Positions 1-9,346 of a stretch of DNA of 64,000 bases are shown piece by piece. The notes beneath the pieces were generated by a model. That model was not told the origin of the DNA and did no database searches. It saw only the letters and a list, made by a program, of their open reading frames with translations. Both the position numbers and the translations under genes were made by a program. Numbering within the stretch: position 1 is the first letter of the stretch; every line of letters starts with the position of its first letter. This DNA comes from Candidatus Kuenenia stuttgartensis. GTDB taxonomy: Bacteria; Planctomycetota; GCA-002687715; CAIWVZ01. The DNA lies in contig CAMARR010000001.1 of the NCBI GenBank assembly GCA_945860915.1, positions 287,277 through 351,276 on the forward strand. The letters run 5' to 3'.

Positions 1-1571
1 ACGGGATGCGCGATGCCTTGAGCACGGGCACGAACTGCCGCGAGGTCGAGAAGGTCAGCCGCGATGTCATTTACCGCCTGAGCCACTGCCTCCTTTCTGC
101 GTTGCCATGTACTAGAGCCGACACGCGAAAGATCTGGTGTCGCGCCTCGCCCGCCGATGTACTTCTGGACCAAGTCGATTTTCGCCGCGGGAACAAAAAT
201 ATTCACACCATCGGCGAACTCGATCACGAGAAAGTCCTGCTCCGCGCCGCCTCGCTGCATTCGCTCGAAACGAATGAGCTGACCAATTCCGTGCACAAGA
301 TGAACAACGTAGTCCCCCACTTCGAGATCGAGGAACGTATCAAGCGCTCGTGCCTCGGGTGGAGGGCCCTCGTCGCGACTTTCGGGGCGCGGGGCGGTGC
401 TGCTTCCCATCAACTCGGCATGCGAAACGACGGAGAATCCCAATCCTGGAGCGACAAATCCTTCCGAAAGCGTCATGTCGGAGATAATCAATGGACGCCG
501 TAGAATCTCTGCCGCTACAGGAGGCGACTTCGGATCTCGTAATGCCGCCAGAAATGTCTCACGTTCTGTCGAAGACTCGAAGCCGACCAGAGTCGCAGAG
601 CGGCCTCGCGAAATGCGGTCGAGTGTTCGCACGGCCGTATCTAGGCTACTCCCCTCGGTGGTCACTGTAGTCGCGCCCATGTCAATCGAACCGGCAAGTC
701 CGCCGCGCGCGCGTGTCAGACTTATTTCACGGAACGCCGAAAGGCCGTCCTTCCGGCGACGAGCAGCAACGCGGGCATCGTCGTCTAGGCGCGACAGGTG
801 GAGCGCGGTTGCCTGCTCGAGTCGTGATGGATCGCGGGCGAGCACAACCGTGTTCGCATGAAGATGATCGATCAGAGATCCTCTGAGCTTTGTCTCCGAC
901 GCACGGAACTTCAGGATCGTGGCGCTACCGACGGATGCAACCGACACCTGAGTCTCTGGATCAAACTGGCGAAGGGACTCGATGCGATCGTCCAAGATCT
1001 CAACACGAAGCGGACGTCGCATGCGTTCGTCAAAAATATCGAGCAAGTCACCTCGCACTGCAAACTGCCCGGACTCGAGAACCACGGCAACTCGTTCGAG
1101 GCCGGACTCCCCGCACACTCTGGCGAGCGCCTCTGGCGTCATCGAATCCCCGAGAGCAATCGTCAGATCGCGATGACGAAGGTCGTCGACGACTGGAAGC
1201 GCCTCGAGGCAAACGGAAACGGACGCAACCGTGAGCCATGCCTCATGGCCGAGAAACGATGCGAGGGCCTCGCTTCGCCGAAGCGATTCGTCATCACCGG
1301 CAGGAAGAAGACGGACAGGAGGCGCGCCAAGGACGTCCAAATCCGATACCAAGAGATCAGCGTCGCGCCCGGTTGGGACCACCAACAGAATCGGTGGAAC
1401 GCCACGTTCACGCGCGACACCTGCGAGCAGGAGCGACAGCAGCGAACCGTGAACACCTCCAACATGCGTCGTGCCTGAACCGCGCCCCGAAACGGCATCA
1501 CGAAATGACTCAAAGCCCCTCAGTCGTCGAAGGGCTCGAACTAGCGACGGAATGTCCGTCGGATATTCCAT
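1..1571 (-). CDS. mfd: Transcription-repair coupling factor Mfd, N-terminal ~523 codons (rest lies beyond the window start)
   Basis: The minus-strand frame looks open from ATG 1571-1569 to nt 1 (hand-translated at nt 1571-1441 and 242-181 only). It is absent from the ORF track because it has no stop in the window. Hand translation gives MEYPTDIPSLVRALRRLRGFESFRDAVSGRGSGTTHVGGVHGSL at the 5' end and EQDFLVIEFADGVNIFVPAAK at nt 242-181, continuing by eye into IDLVQKY, a conserved Mfd block. Plus-strand ORFs 6-1478 are Arg/Ser-rich antisense shadows. Confidence 0.85.
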   Translation of the reverse strand, partial: MEYPTDIPSLVRALRRLRGFESFRDAVSGRGSGTTHVGGVHGSLLSLLLAGVARERGVPPILLVVPTGRDADLLVSDLDVLGAPPVRLLPAGDDESLRRSEALASFLGHEAWLTVASVSVCLEALPVVDDLRHRDLTIALGDSMTPEALARVCGESGLERVAVVLESGQFAVRGDLLDIFDERMRRPLRVEILDDRIESLRQFDPETQVSVASVGSATILKFRASETKLRGSLIDHLHANTVVLARDPSRLEQATALHLSRLDDDARVAARRRKDGLSAFREISLTRARGGLAGSIDMGATTVTTEGSSLDTAVRTLDRISRGRSATLVGFESSTERETFLAALRDPKSPPVAAEILRRPLIISDMTLSEGFVAPGLGFSVVSHAELMGSSTAPRPESRDEGPPPEARALDTFLDLEVGDYVVHLVHGIGQLIRFERMQRGGAEQDFLVIEFADGVNIFVPAAKIDLVQKYIGGRGATPDLSRVGSSTWQRRKEAVAQAVNDIAADLLDLAAVRARAQGIAHP

Positions 1572-1574
1572 GAA

Positions 1575-2264
1575 TCAGGGAATCCCCAGTACTTTCACTG
1601 CTTGCCGGGCTGCTCGCTGTTCGGCTTCCTTCTTGGACCGACCGAATCCCGATGGATGACGCCTCTTGTCGAGAACAACTGCAACCTCGAATGTACGGCA
1701 GTGATCATCCCCTGCAAACGAGATCAATTCGTAGCGGGGCATCGTTGGGCAGTTACCAGCCTGAACCCAACGAGCCAACCTCCCCTTCCAGTCCTCGCGA
1801 GCTTCGGCGGGCAAGATCTTCCAAACGTGCGTAAGCACGAACTTCCTTGCGGCCTCCATTCCTCCATCTATCCATACCGCCGCGAGAATCGCTTCGACGG
1901 CGTTGGAAAGAACGGACTCTGCGATGTCCTGCGGAGTCGCAAACATCCTGCCCGTCATCACGAAGCGTTCGAGTTGCAAGCTGCGACCAACGGACGCAAG
2001 CGCCTTATGTGAAACCAACTCTGCCCGCGAGCGAGTGAGTCCTCCTTCGTCCGACTGAGGGCGCTCGGCATAAAGCAACTCTGAGACGAGCAGTCCTAAT
2101 ACCGCGTCGCCGAGAAACTCAAGGCGTTCATTCGAACGGCCCGCCTCGAGCCTCGCGGATGAGTGCGTGAGCGCAGCCGCCAAGAGATCTGGGTTCTGAA
2201 AGGCGTGTCCGATGGCGGCCTGGCAGGCCGCCATGACTTCAGGATTCGGGACAACTGGGGGCAT
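1575..2264 (-). CDS. rnc: Ribonuclease III
   Basis: 229 aa. RNase III signature NERLEFLGDAVLGLLVSELLY plus a C-terminal dsRNA-binding domain (FEVAVVLD, GRSKKEAEQRAARQAVKVL). Confidence 0.95.
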   Translation of the reverse strand: MPPVVPNPEVMAACQAAIGHAFQNPDLLAAALTHSSARLEAGRSNERLEFLGDAVLGLLVSELLYAERPQSDEGGLTRSRAELVSHKALASVGRSLQLERFVMTGRMFATPQDIAESVLSNAVEAILAAVWIDGGMEAARKFVLTHVWKILPAEAREDWKGRLARWVQAGNCPTMPRYELISFAGDDHCRTFEVAVVLDKRRHPSGFGRSKKEAEQRAARQAVKVLGIP

Positions 2265-2266
2265 GT

Positions 2267-3439
2267 TCAGAGTCCGGGGGCCGAAGGCCAGAACAACTTC
2301 GCATACTGTTCGGAAGCATAGGCGTCGGTCATGCCCGAGATGTAGTCGGCCACCGCGCGATGAACGCCATTGGAATCGGCCAGCTCGCGGAACCGAGCCG
2401 GGAGCAGGATTGGAGTGTTCACATACGCTTCAAAAAGCGCGGTAATGAAAATCCGCGCGCGGTGACGCATCCTGGCCACGCGGTGGTGAGTGTAAAAGTG
2501 CTCATAGAGGTACGTCTTGAGCTCTGACTCGGCCAGGGCCACGCGAGGACTGAACGTAACGATCGGATCCGCAGCCGAACGGACGCACTTGAGATCAACA
2601 ATCTTCCTCTGCGCGAGGTTTGTCGCGGTCGTACGAACCAAGTCCTTAACAAGGAAGTCGATGATTCCAGCTACGATCCTGCGCACCAGTTGCCTGCCGC
2701 TGAGACCCGGATTGCTTGCCAAGCAGATCTTGCGAACCTCGGTCCAAAGCCATGTGTCGCCCAACGCTTCCGGATCGAGGATTCCTGCGTGAACACCGTC
2801 GTCGAGATCATGACTATTATAGGCGATTCCATCGGCCATGTCGACGATCTGGGCTTCAATCAAAGGCCCTTCATAGGGACGATAAGGGGCGTAGACCGGG
2901 CCCTCGTAGGGGCGTTTATGCTTCGCAATCGACTCCCGTACCTCATACGTCAAGTTGAGCCCGTCGAAGTTCGGATAGCGCTGCTCGAGTACATCGAGGA
3001 TGCGCAGTGATTGGTGGTTGTGTTCGAATCCACCGTGGTCGTGCATGAGTTCGTCGAGCACGTCCCCGCCGGGATGGCCAAACGGTGCATGACCAAGATC
3101 GTGTGAAAGAGCGACTGCCTCGGTGAGATCTGGATTTGCCCCCAACGAGCGCGCGATCGACCGCGCCACCTGCGACACTTCGAGGGAGTGCGTAAGTCGC
3201 GTCCGGAAGTGATCGCCCGTCGCCGACACGAAGACTTGAGTCTTACCAATCAAGCGGCGAAAGGCCGTTGTATGGATGATTCGATCGCGATCGCGCTGAA
3301 ACGCCGTTCGAAACGGATCATCCGCCTCTGAGAGTCTACGTCCCTCAGACGCAGAGCTTGGCATACCCCAACCTGCAAGGCTGAGCTTCTCGTCAGACTC
3401 TAGTCTGACACGATCGTGGAGACCCGAAAGGTCGTTCAT
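2267..3439 (-). CDS. dgt: dGTP/dNTP triphosphohydrolase-like HD-domain protein
   Basis: 390 aa. HD motifs HSLEVSQVARSIARSLG and LSHDLGHAPFGHPGGDVLDE. ATGA overlap with the stop of the upstream MFS gene. Confidence 0.85.
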   Translation of the reverse strand: MNDLSGLHDRVRLESDEKLSLAGWGMPSSASEGRRLSEADDPFRTAFQRDRDRIIHTTAFRRLIGKTQVFVSATGDHFRTRLTHSLEVSQVARSIARSLGANPDLTEAVALSHDLGHAPFGHPGGDVLDELMHDHGGFEHNHQSLRILDVLEQRYPNFDGLNLTYEVRESIAKHKRPYEGPVYAPYRPYEGPLIEAQIVDMADGIAYNSHDLDDGVHAGILDPEALGDTWLWTEVRKICLASNPGLSGRQLVRRIVAGIIDFLVKDLVRTTATNLAQRKIVDLKCVRSAADPIVTFSPRVALAESELKTYLYEHFYTHHRVARMRHRARIFITALFEAYVNTPILLPARFRELADSNGVHRAVADYISGMTDAYASEQYAKLFWPSAPGL

Positions 3440-4662
3440 GCTGAACTCCGTTCAGTTGCAACGATACCTTGCCCGCTCGTTCGGTCGATCAAACAAAGTC
3501 GGAACACTGCATAACCACCTCCCAGCAGGACGAACCCTAGGCCAAACCAAATCGCACCGTCTGCAAATCCCAACACGTTCGCGGCAAGGCCCGCAGCGGG
3601 TGCAATAAGAGCGTTTCCAGCGCCCAAAACGGCCTCGTGCTTTCCCGCGCCATCTGCCGCCGACACCGGCACGGCCAAGGACAGAACCAGGCTCTGGACG
3701 TAGCCCACCCCAATGCCAATCCCCGTCAAGACGGCAGCAAAGACCATCCATGGAACCGTCTTGGCCATCAGAAACATCACCAGGGCAGTGACAAGGAGCC
3801 CACAGGCTCCCATGAGTGGCGCGGAACGACCCACAGAATGAGGGCGACGTCGAATCCACTCGAAAACGCCAATTTGGACCGCGACAATCGTCGCAAGAAG
3901 AATATTGCCGGTCTCTTCACCAAGGCCACGCGCACGGAGGATCGGCGCTGCCTGATTCAACACAATCACGCTGACGCACGCGCCAAGGAACATGACCAAT
4001 CGTGCGATCCGTAGCCGCTGGGGCAATCCCGGGGGCGCGGATTGAGTGGACGTTCGTCGATGTTCCGCGGTAGGGCGATCGACATCGCGTGGAACCAAGA
4101 ATGCTGCCGCAAGTGCTGCAGCAGAGGCTAGTGCGATCGAGTCAACTGCAGTCCAATTCCCTCGAGAGAACAGGTATGAGTTGAGGCTATAAGAGACGCA
4201 CTTGCCAAGTGCCCAAGACAAGTTGAAAGCACACACCGCTCTCCCAAGATCGGCCGGCGCCTCATCGGAGAGCCGAGATTGGAGCACGGGCCAGAAAAGC
4301 GATGAGCCGATTCTGAACAAGACGAACGCCAGCGAGAACAGAAAGAGGGATGGGGCGGCGGAAGCAGCCAGAAGACCGAGCGCCATCAGAACCAGCGCAC
4401 ATGTGATGACTTTCCGGCGAGATCGCGAATCCCAGAACCTTCCGAGAAAGAGTGCGCCGAGGACGTAAGTTCCGTCACCTGCAAGGCCGACGAGTCCCGT
4501 CGAGAAAGAATCCGCATGCAATTCCTGTGCGCGAAAAGACAACGCACCGAAGAAAAGATGCGACGCGAAGTCGCCCGCGCACGCTGTCGCGAAGAGTCGC
4601 CTCGAGACTCGACTTGCTCCTCTCGGGGCTAACGGAATAGGAAGAAGGGCTGTTTGACTCAA
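3436..4662 (-). CDS. MFS-type transporter
   Basis: Multi-pass membrane protein (about 12 hydrophobic segments) with an MFS motif-A-like loop GRFWDSRSRRKV. The track start at 4731 overlaps the upstream gene by 73 nt. I prefer TTG 4662-4660, which overlaps the upstream TGA. Start uncertain. Confidence 0.65.
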   Translation of the reverse strand: MSQTALLPIPLAPRGASRVSRRLFATACAGDFASHLFFGALSFRAQELHADSFSTGLVGLAGDGTYVLGALFLGRFWDSRSRRKVITCALVLMALGLLAASAAPSLFLFSLAFVLFRIGSSLFWPVLQSRLSDEAPADLGRAVCAFNLSWALGKCVSYSLNSYLFSRGNWTAVDSIALASAAALAAAFLVPRDVDRPTAEHRRTSTQSAPPGLPQRLRIARLVMFLGACVSVIVLNQAAPILRARGLGEETGNILLATIVAVQIGVFEWIRRRPHSVGRSAPLMGACGLLVTALVMFLMAKTVPWMVFAAVLTGIGIGVGYVQSLVLSLAVPVSAADGAGKHEAVLGAGNALIAPAAGLAANVLGFADGAIWFGLGFVLLGGGYAVFRLCLIDRTSGQGIVATERSSA

Positions 4663-5321
4663 CTGGACTCTCTTGGTGCGAGGCGCACGAGGCACGCCGA
4701 AAGCCAGCCAGCGAATCCGATGCCCGACCACACGGCGAGAAACGGGGATCGAAGTGCGGGAGCCATTGCAACCACGTCAACCCTGTCGGGAAATCCGTGC
4801 GCCTCCGGAAGCCAAAGGTGCGTCGATACCCACCACCATTCAAGGAGCGCAGCGACAAAGGCCAATGCGAGTCGCCACCATCGAGGTCGTGTGCCGAGGA
4901 AAAGAGCAACACTCACAAGTCCGAGAGCGCACGACACGTAGGGCGATACCATGTCAGGAGAACCTGACCCCCGAGGAGTAAACGTTCCAAATGCAGTGGC
5001 AATGTCGTGGCTTCCGGTCCACCACCAAATCGCTGAAGCAGCAGTCGCCAAACCGGCAACTCTGAGAGAGTACGTCGCCAACAGAACCAGCCAGAGCACC
5101 AGCTGGGTCCAGGCAGTCGTGGAAGCAAACGTGGCGTCGTCTGAGAACGATGCAGCCAGGCCAAAGCCAATCCCCGAGAGGAGCAGGAACCCCACCCAAT
5201 TTGCACGGCGCACGACCCAAGCCACGGGCGCATCGAGAATGAGCCCTGAGAGTGCACAGCTTCGCCCTGCGATCCAGCCGACCAACGCAAGCTCATACCC
5301 GTCCCCACCCGGAAGTGTCAT
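4659..5321 (-). CDS. Hypothetical Trp-rich integral membrane protein
   Basis: About six hydrophobic segments with Trp clusters (IWWWTG, LEWWWVSTHLW). No family recognised. ATG 5321-5319 forms an ATGA overlap with the flavoprotein stop (track start is GTG 5330). Confidence 0.5.
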   Translation of the reverse strand: MTLPGGDGYELALVGWIAGRSCALSGLILDAPVAWVVRRANWVGFLLLSGIGFGLAASFSDDATFASTTAWTQLVLWLVLLATYSLRVAGLATAASAIWWWTGSHDIATAFGTFTPRGSGSPDMVSPYVSCALGLVSVALFLGTRPRWWRLALAFVAALLEWWWVSTHLWLPEAHGFPDRVDVVAMAPALRSPFLAVWSGIGFAGWLSACLVRLAPRESS

Positions 5322-6814
5322 CGCAACCACGATTCACTAGGTCTCGCAATCACGCCAAGGCACTTCTCCGCCGCGCCAACGCCCGCTTTGAGAGCAGAGC
5401 AAATGCCCATCGACCCGATTGCGTCAGCGCCTGCGTTCCAAACATTTCTATCCAGCTGTGCGATCGATGTCCATCCGTTACCGCCGTCGCGTCCTGGGCG
5501 CACTCCTGCGTGACCAACACGCCAGACGTCGATTCTCGTGACCGCGCGGCTGTCCACGCCAAGCCCCGTAAGTGATTCGACCGCCATGTCGCGCGCAGTG
5601 TCGTAGTAAAGCGCAGCAAGTCTCGCTCGAGCCGGACCTGACGCTCGATACGGAAAGGAGCGGCGCACGAGGAGCATTCCCGGCCCGCTGCCCGTCGGGT
5701 GTGGGAACCAAGAGGCCGACGTGCCAGCATCATCATTCAACTCGACGCGAGATCCGAGTGCTGCCCCCTTAATTGGATAGCTGTCAAAGCCGAATCCAAC
5801 CGACAATCGAACGACCGACTCGGGTGCCTGAAGCGATGGGCGGCTTGAAACCGTGCCGGTGGACAACCGCAGCGCAGAGATTGCGGGTACCGCGAGTAGA
5901 ACTGCGTCCGCGACAATCTTCGTGATCGTTCCCTTCCTTGCATCCGCGCTGAACGCCACACATCGACCGTCCTCCGTCCCGAGTCGCCCGACAACCGCAT
6001 CAAGAATCACGCGGTCTCCGAGATGGGCGACGAGAGGGTCAAACCAAACCCCGGGGCCTCCAGCCGGCGCGAGCCGCATTCCGGACGACTCCACCGTTCG
6101 CCACATGGCGTCCTGCACTCCAATGAATGAGAGATCAGCCGCCTTAGACGCGAACTCACGGCGACACCATTGCTCGAGTTCCGCGAGAACGGCCGGCGCC
6201 GCGTTCGCGCCGACAAAGCCCGAACGGAGGTCCTCCCCCGCTACGCTCCCCTTGAGGCACCGATCAAAGAGATCAATCAAATCAGAAGACAGTTTGCGCT
6301 GCACGCAACTGCCACCGCGTCGCTCCAGCCACGAATCAGGACTCATCCCTCCACGCGAGATGTCGAATGAGGGACGCGATGCGACGTCGAATCCGGTTAT
6401 GGCCTTCGCCTGGACCAAGAGCCTTGTGAAGATGCGGTCTTTCGAACTAGGCGGAAGCACACTCAGTGCACCAAACGGAACAAGACCGAACTCGCCGCAG
6501 CGAAAACGCCCGAGGAGTCCGAACGGCTCCTCGGCGAGTTCCGTCACAAGGACATCGTCAATTCCAGCGCCCTGAAGGCGCCATGCCGCCGCAAGGCCTG
6601 CTGGACCGGCTCCGACGACAAGCACCCGGCACCGTCTCGACGTATCGAAAGACGTGCCGAGAATCGCACCGGACAAGATCCGGTGCGCACGGGTCATCGA
6701 GTCGCCGACGAATCGAACGTTCGGGTCTAGCCGCTCTCTGAAACCTAGCCCCGCCATCGCCACGGCCGCGATGAAATCTCTTCGGGATAATCCGGCACCC
6801 ATTCCGTCCATCAC
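5318..6814 (-). CDS. FAD-dependent oxidoreductase (amine-oxidase/desaturase-like) with twin-arginine-type signal
   Basis: 498 aa. Tat-like N-terminus GLSRRDFIAAVAMAGLG. The dinucleotide-binding fold VLVVGAGPAGLAAAWRL appears only at about aa 64. GTGA overlap with the potD stop. Confidence 0.8.
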   Translation of the reverse strand: MMDGMGAGLSRRDFIAAVAMAGLGFRERLDPNVRFVGDSMTRAHRILSGAILGTSFDTSRRCRVLVVGAGPAGLAAAWRLQGAGIDDVLVTELAEEPFGLLGRFRCGEFGLVPFGALSVLPPSSKDRIFTRLLVQAKAITGFDVASRPSFDISRGGMSPDSWLERRGGSCVQRKLSSDLIDLFDRCLKGSVAGEDLRSGFVGANAAPAVLAELEQWCRREFASKAADLSFIGVQDAMWRTVESSGMRLAPAGGPGVWFDPLVAHLGDRVILDAVVGRLGTEDGRCVAFSADARKGTITKIVADAVLLAVPAISALRLSTGTVSSRPSLQAPESVVRLSVGFGFDSYPIKGAALGSRVELNDDAGTSASWFPHPTGSGPGMLLVRRSFPYRASGPARARLAALYYDTARDMAVESLTGLGVDSRAVTRIDVWRVGHAGVRPGRDGGNGWTSIAQLDRNVWNAGADAIGSMGICSALKAGVGAAEKCLGVIARPSESWLR

Positions 6815-7827
6815 CGACTCTTGATCTCAGCCCAAGCCTTTTCCACCCAGCCGCGCTCGACGGAAGTCAACACCGGAAGGAAGACACATCGCGCCTGCTC
6901 TGAGATCGACGGATTCGCGATGGGGTTCGAGCGAACCTCATTCGAGATCAAGTGTTGAGCGCTAGCATTAGGATTCCCATACTGAACCTCGTTGGAGATC
7001 GCCGCTGAAACTTCAGGCCGCAACAAGTAATTCAGGAACGCATGCGCGAGCTGCCGATGGGAAGCCGCTGTCGGGATCGCCATGTTGTCGACATAGATGG
7101 TTCCGCCTTCGCTCGGAATCGCGAATCCCATGTCTCCGACTCGTTCCTTTGCGGTTGATGCCTGCAATGCATCGCCCGAAAACGCATGGGACACGTGATA
7201 ATCCCCGACAACCAATCTCTGCCTAGGGGCAGAGTCGTAGCCGGTCGGCTTGTGCGTTGCGACCAACTCGATTGCTCGACGAATGGAATCCTGCGTCATA
7301 CGCCTTGGATCGTCTCCATTAGCAAACATGGCAGCCACAAGGACCTCGCGTCCGTCATCAAGAAACGTGACCTTGCGCGAGGCCACGAGAGTGAAAAGCT
7401 GCTTCCATGACGAAATGCCTTCCGGAACCAGCTTCTTCTGCCATGCGACGCCGGTCGTGCCCCACATGTAGGGAATCGTGTAAGAATTAGAAGGGTCAAA
7501 GCTCAACCCGCGAAATTTCGCGTCGATGTTCACAAGGTTCGGGAGGAGCGTCAGGTCGAGTCGATCAAGCAAGCCGCCTTCGACCATTAAAGGGACGATT
7601 TCGTCGCTGGGAAACACCACGTCGTAGCCCGATGGGACATGTTCCATCTTGACGCGAAGTCCATCGGGTGAGTCGAAGTAGTCGACCACTACCTTACAGC
7701 GGAACTCCTTCTCGAAATTCGCGATGGTGTCAGGCGCGAAATAATCCGCCCAATTCAAAACATGAAGTTCTGGAAGCGGCGCTGAGCACGACGCAAACAG
7801 AGCAACCAACAAAACTGCAAGCTTCAT
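6811..7827 (-). CDS. potD: Spermidine/putrescine ABC transporter substrate-binding protein
   Basis: 338 aa. Signal peptide with Cys (LFASCS). PotD/PotF-like blocks LHVLNWADYFAPDTIANFEKEF, GYDVVFPSDE, PYMWGTTGVAW. Confidence 0.9.
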   Translation of the reverse strand: MKLAVLLVALFASCSAPLPELHVLNWADYFAPDTIANFEKEFRCKVVVDYFDSPDGLRVKMEHVPSGYDVVFPSDEIVPLMVEGGLLDRLDLTLLPNLVNIDAKFRGLSFDPSNSYTIPYMWGTTGVAWQKKLVPEGISSWKQLFTLVASRKVTFLDDGREVLVAAMFANGDDPRRMTQDSIRRAIELVATHKPTGYDSAPRQRLVVGDYHVSHAFSGDALQASTAKERVGDMGFAIPSEGGTIYVDNMAIPTAASHRQLAHAFLNYLLRPEVSAAISNEVQYGNPNASAQHLISNEVRSNPIANPSISEQARCVFLPVLTSVERGWVEKAWAEIKSR

Positions 7828-8600
7828 CGTGATCCCTCAGAAACCGGAAGCCTCGCCATCCTACGCGACGCTGCAATCAAGAACACCGAAACGACGAGGA
7901 TCAAGGTGGATAGAGCGTTGATCTTCGGCGAAATCGAGTGCCTGACCATCGAGAAGATCTTCATGGGCAGCGTTGAATCACCGGGTCCCGTTGTGAAATA
8001 CGTGATGACGAAGTCGTCGAAGGAAAGTGTGAAGGCGAGCAATGCCCCTGAAAAGACCGCGGGTGCGATGAGCGGGAACGTCACCTTCCAAAACGCCTGC
8101 CATGGTGAGGCGCCCAAATCGTAAGCCGCGAGCTCGAGTAGGGGGTCCATCCCCTCGAGTCGCGCTGAAACGACGATTGCAACGTAGGCCATGTTGAACG
8201 TGGTGTGCGCCACGAGTGCGGTTCCAAGGCTGATGGGCACACTCAGAGCCCGGAAGAACACGAGAAGGGAGATGCCGAGAACAATGTCCGGGACCATGAC
8301 CGGCGTTGCGACAAGGCCTGAAAACAACCGGCGCCCTCGAAAGCGACGACGCAGTCCGAGTGCCGCCATTGTCCCGAGTACCGTTGCAAGCACCATCGAC
8401 CCTAGCGCGATCGTCAATGTATTCCACAGTATTCCGACCAGCTCCGAATCGGCAACGACACGACGATACCAGTCAAGGGTGAAACCGGTGAATGAGGTCG
8501 CGTACTTCGACTCGTTGAAGGAAAACGCCGCCATAACAAGGAGCGGCGCGTAGAGGAGAAGCAAGATGAACGCCGTCCAAATGCGGAGTGCCGATCTCAC
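7824..8600 (-). CDS. potC: Spermidine/putrescine ABC transporter permease
   Basis: 258 aa, six-TM binding-protein-dependent permease. EAA-like loop LELAAYDLGASPWQAFWKVTFPL. ATGA/GTGA overlaps with both neighbours. Confidence 0.9.
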   Translation of the reverse strand: MRSALRIWTAFILLLLYAPLLVMAAFSFNESKYATSFTGFTLDWYRRVVADSELVGILWNTLTIALGSMVLATVLGTMAALGLRRRFRGRRLFSGLVATPVMVPDIVLGISLLVFFRALSVPISLGTALVAHTTFNMAYVAIVVSARLEGMDPLLELAAYDLGASPWQAFWKVTFPLIAPAVFSGALLAFTLSFDDFVITYFTTGPGDSTLPMKIFSMVRHSISPKINALSTLILVVSVFLIAASRRMARLPVSEGSR

Positions 8601-9346
8601 AAGAGTCTCTCGTTCCGACGGCTGCGATAAAAGGCGGCCATGAGGACGACGGTTATCACCATCAGGATCAACGTCATCGCGGCGCCCGCGGCGGGATTAC
8701 GCGCGCTCATAAAGTACAGGTTGATCTGACTTCCAGCCATGATCGCCTGCGCTCCACCAAGAAGCTCCGGAGTCGCGAATGCACCGAGCACCGGGATGAA
8801 CACAAGAATACACCCTGCCGCGATTCCGGGTGCCGTCAGAGGGACGGCGACACGCCAGAACGCCTGCGATGGAGTTGCGCCGAGATCCTGAGCGGCTTCA
8901 AGGAGTTTCACGGGCACCTTCTCGATCGATGTGTAGAGCGGAAGCACCATGAAAGGCAGGTAGCTGTGCCAAAGCCCGAAGACAGCCGCAAACCACGTAT
9001 CGAGAAGTCCGAATGGTCGGAGTATGGTCATCAACGCGTAGGTACGAACCAGCAGATTTGCCCAGAATGGAAGCACGACAAGAAACAACACGAAGTGACG
9101 CCAACGTCGTGGCAACGTGGCGATGCACCACGCAACCGGGTATCCCGCCACTAAGCAGAGGATCGTCGTAATCATCGCGACAACAACCGACATCCCCACT
9201 AGTTTCCAAGTCAATACGCTGGTGAGCGCTGCCACGCCCTCGGATGTCAATGCTCTCGCCGAGACGACACCGACTGGAATTACGAGAAACGCCAACAGCC
9301 AGCCGACCGGTGGCAGCAAGATCCATGGCACTCGACGAAAAATCAC
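8597..9346 (-). CDS. potB: Spermidine/putrescine ABC transporter permease
   Basis: Permease with EAA-like loop LLEAAQDLGATPSQAFWRVAVPL. The track ORF extends to 9559, inside potA. GTG 9346-9344 overlaps the potA TGA (GTGA) and is my preferred start. Confidence 0.85.
   Translation of the reverse strand: MIFRRVPWILLPPVGWLLAFLVIPVGVVSARALTSEGVAALTSVLTWKLVGMSVVVAMITTILCLVAGYPVAWCIATLPRRWRHFVLFLVVLPFWANLLVRTYALMTILRPFGLLDTWFAAVFGLWHSYLPFMVLPLYTSIEKVPVKLLEAAQDLGATPSQAFWRVAVPLTAPGIAAGCILVFIPVLGAFATPELLGGAQAIMAGSQINLYFMSARNPAAGAAMTLILMVITVVLMAAFYRSRRNERLL

Noticed and set aside
6-1478. Three long plus-strand ORFs (165, 154 and 206 aa) at the window start
   Set aside because: Their translations are Arg/Ser/Pro-rich and low in complexity. 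They lie antisense to a frame that translates into clear Mfd sequence. They are typical shadow ORFs of GC-rich DNA.
2267-3439. dGTPase homologue as an anti-phage dNTP-depletion defence gene
   Set aside because: It is embedded by 4-nt overlap in a housekeeping array next to rnc and mfd, with no defence or mobile neighbours. It is most simply the conserved housekeeping Dgt-like protein.
5853-6575. 240-aa plus-strand ORF
   Set aside because: It is antisense to the FAD-oxidoreductase gene, Ser/Arg/Pro-rich, and has no motifs.
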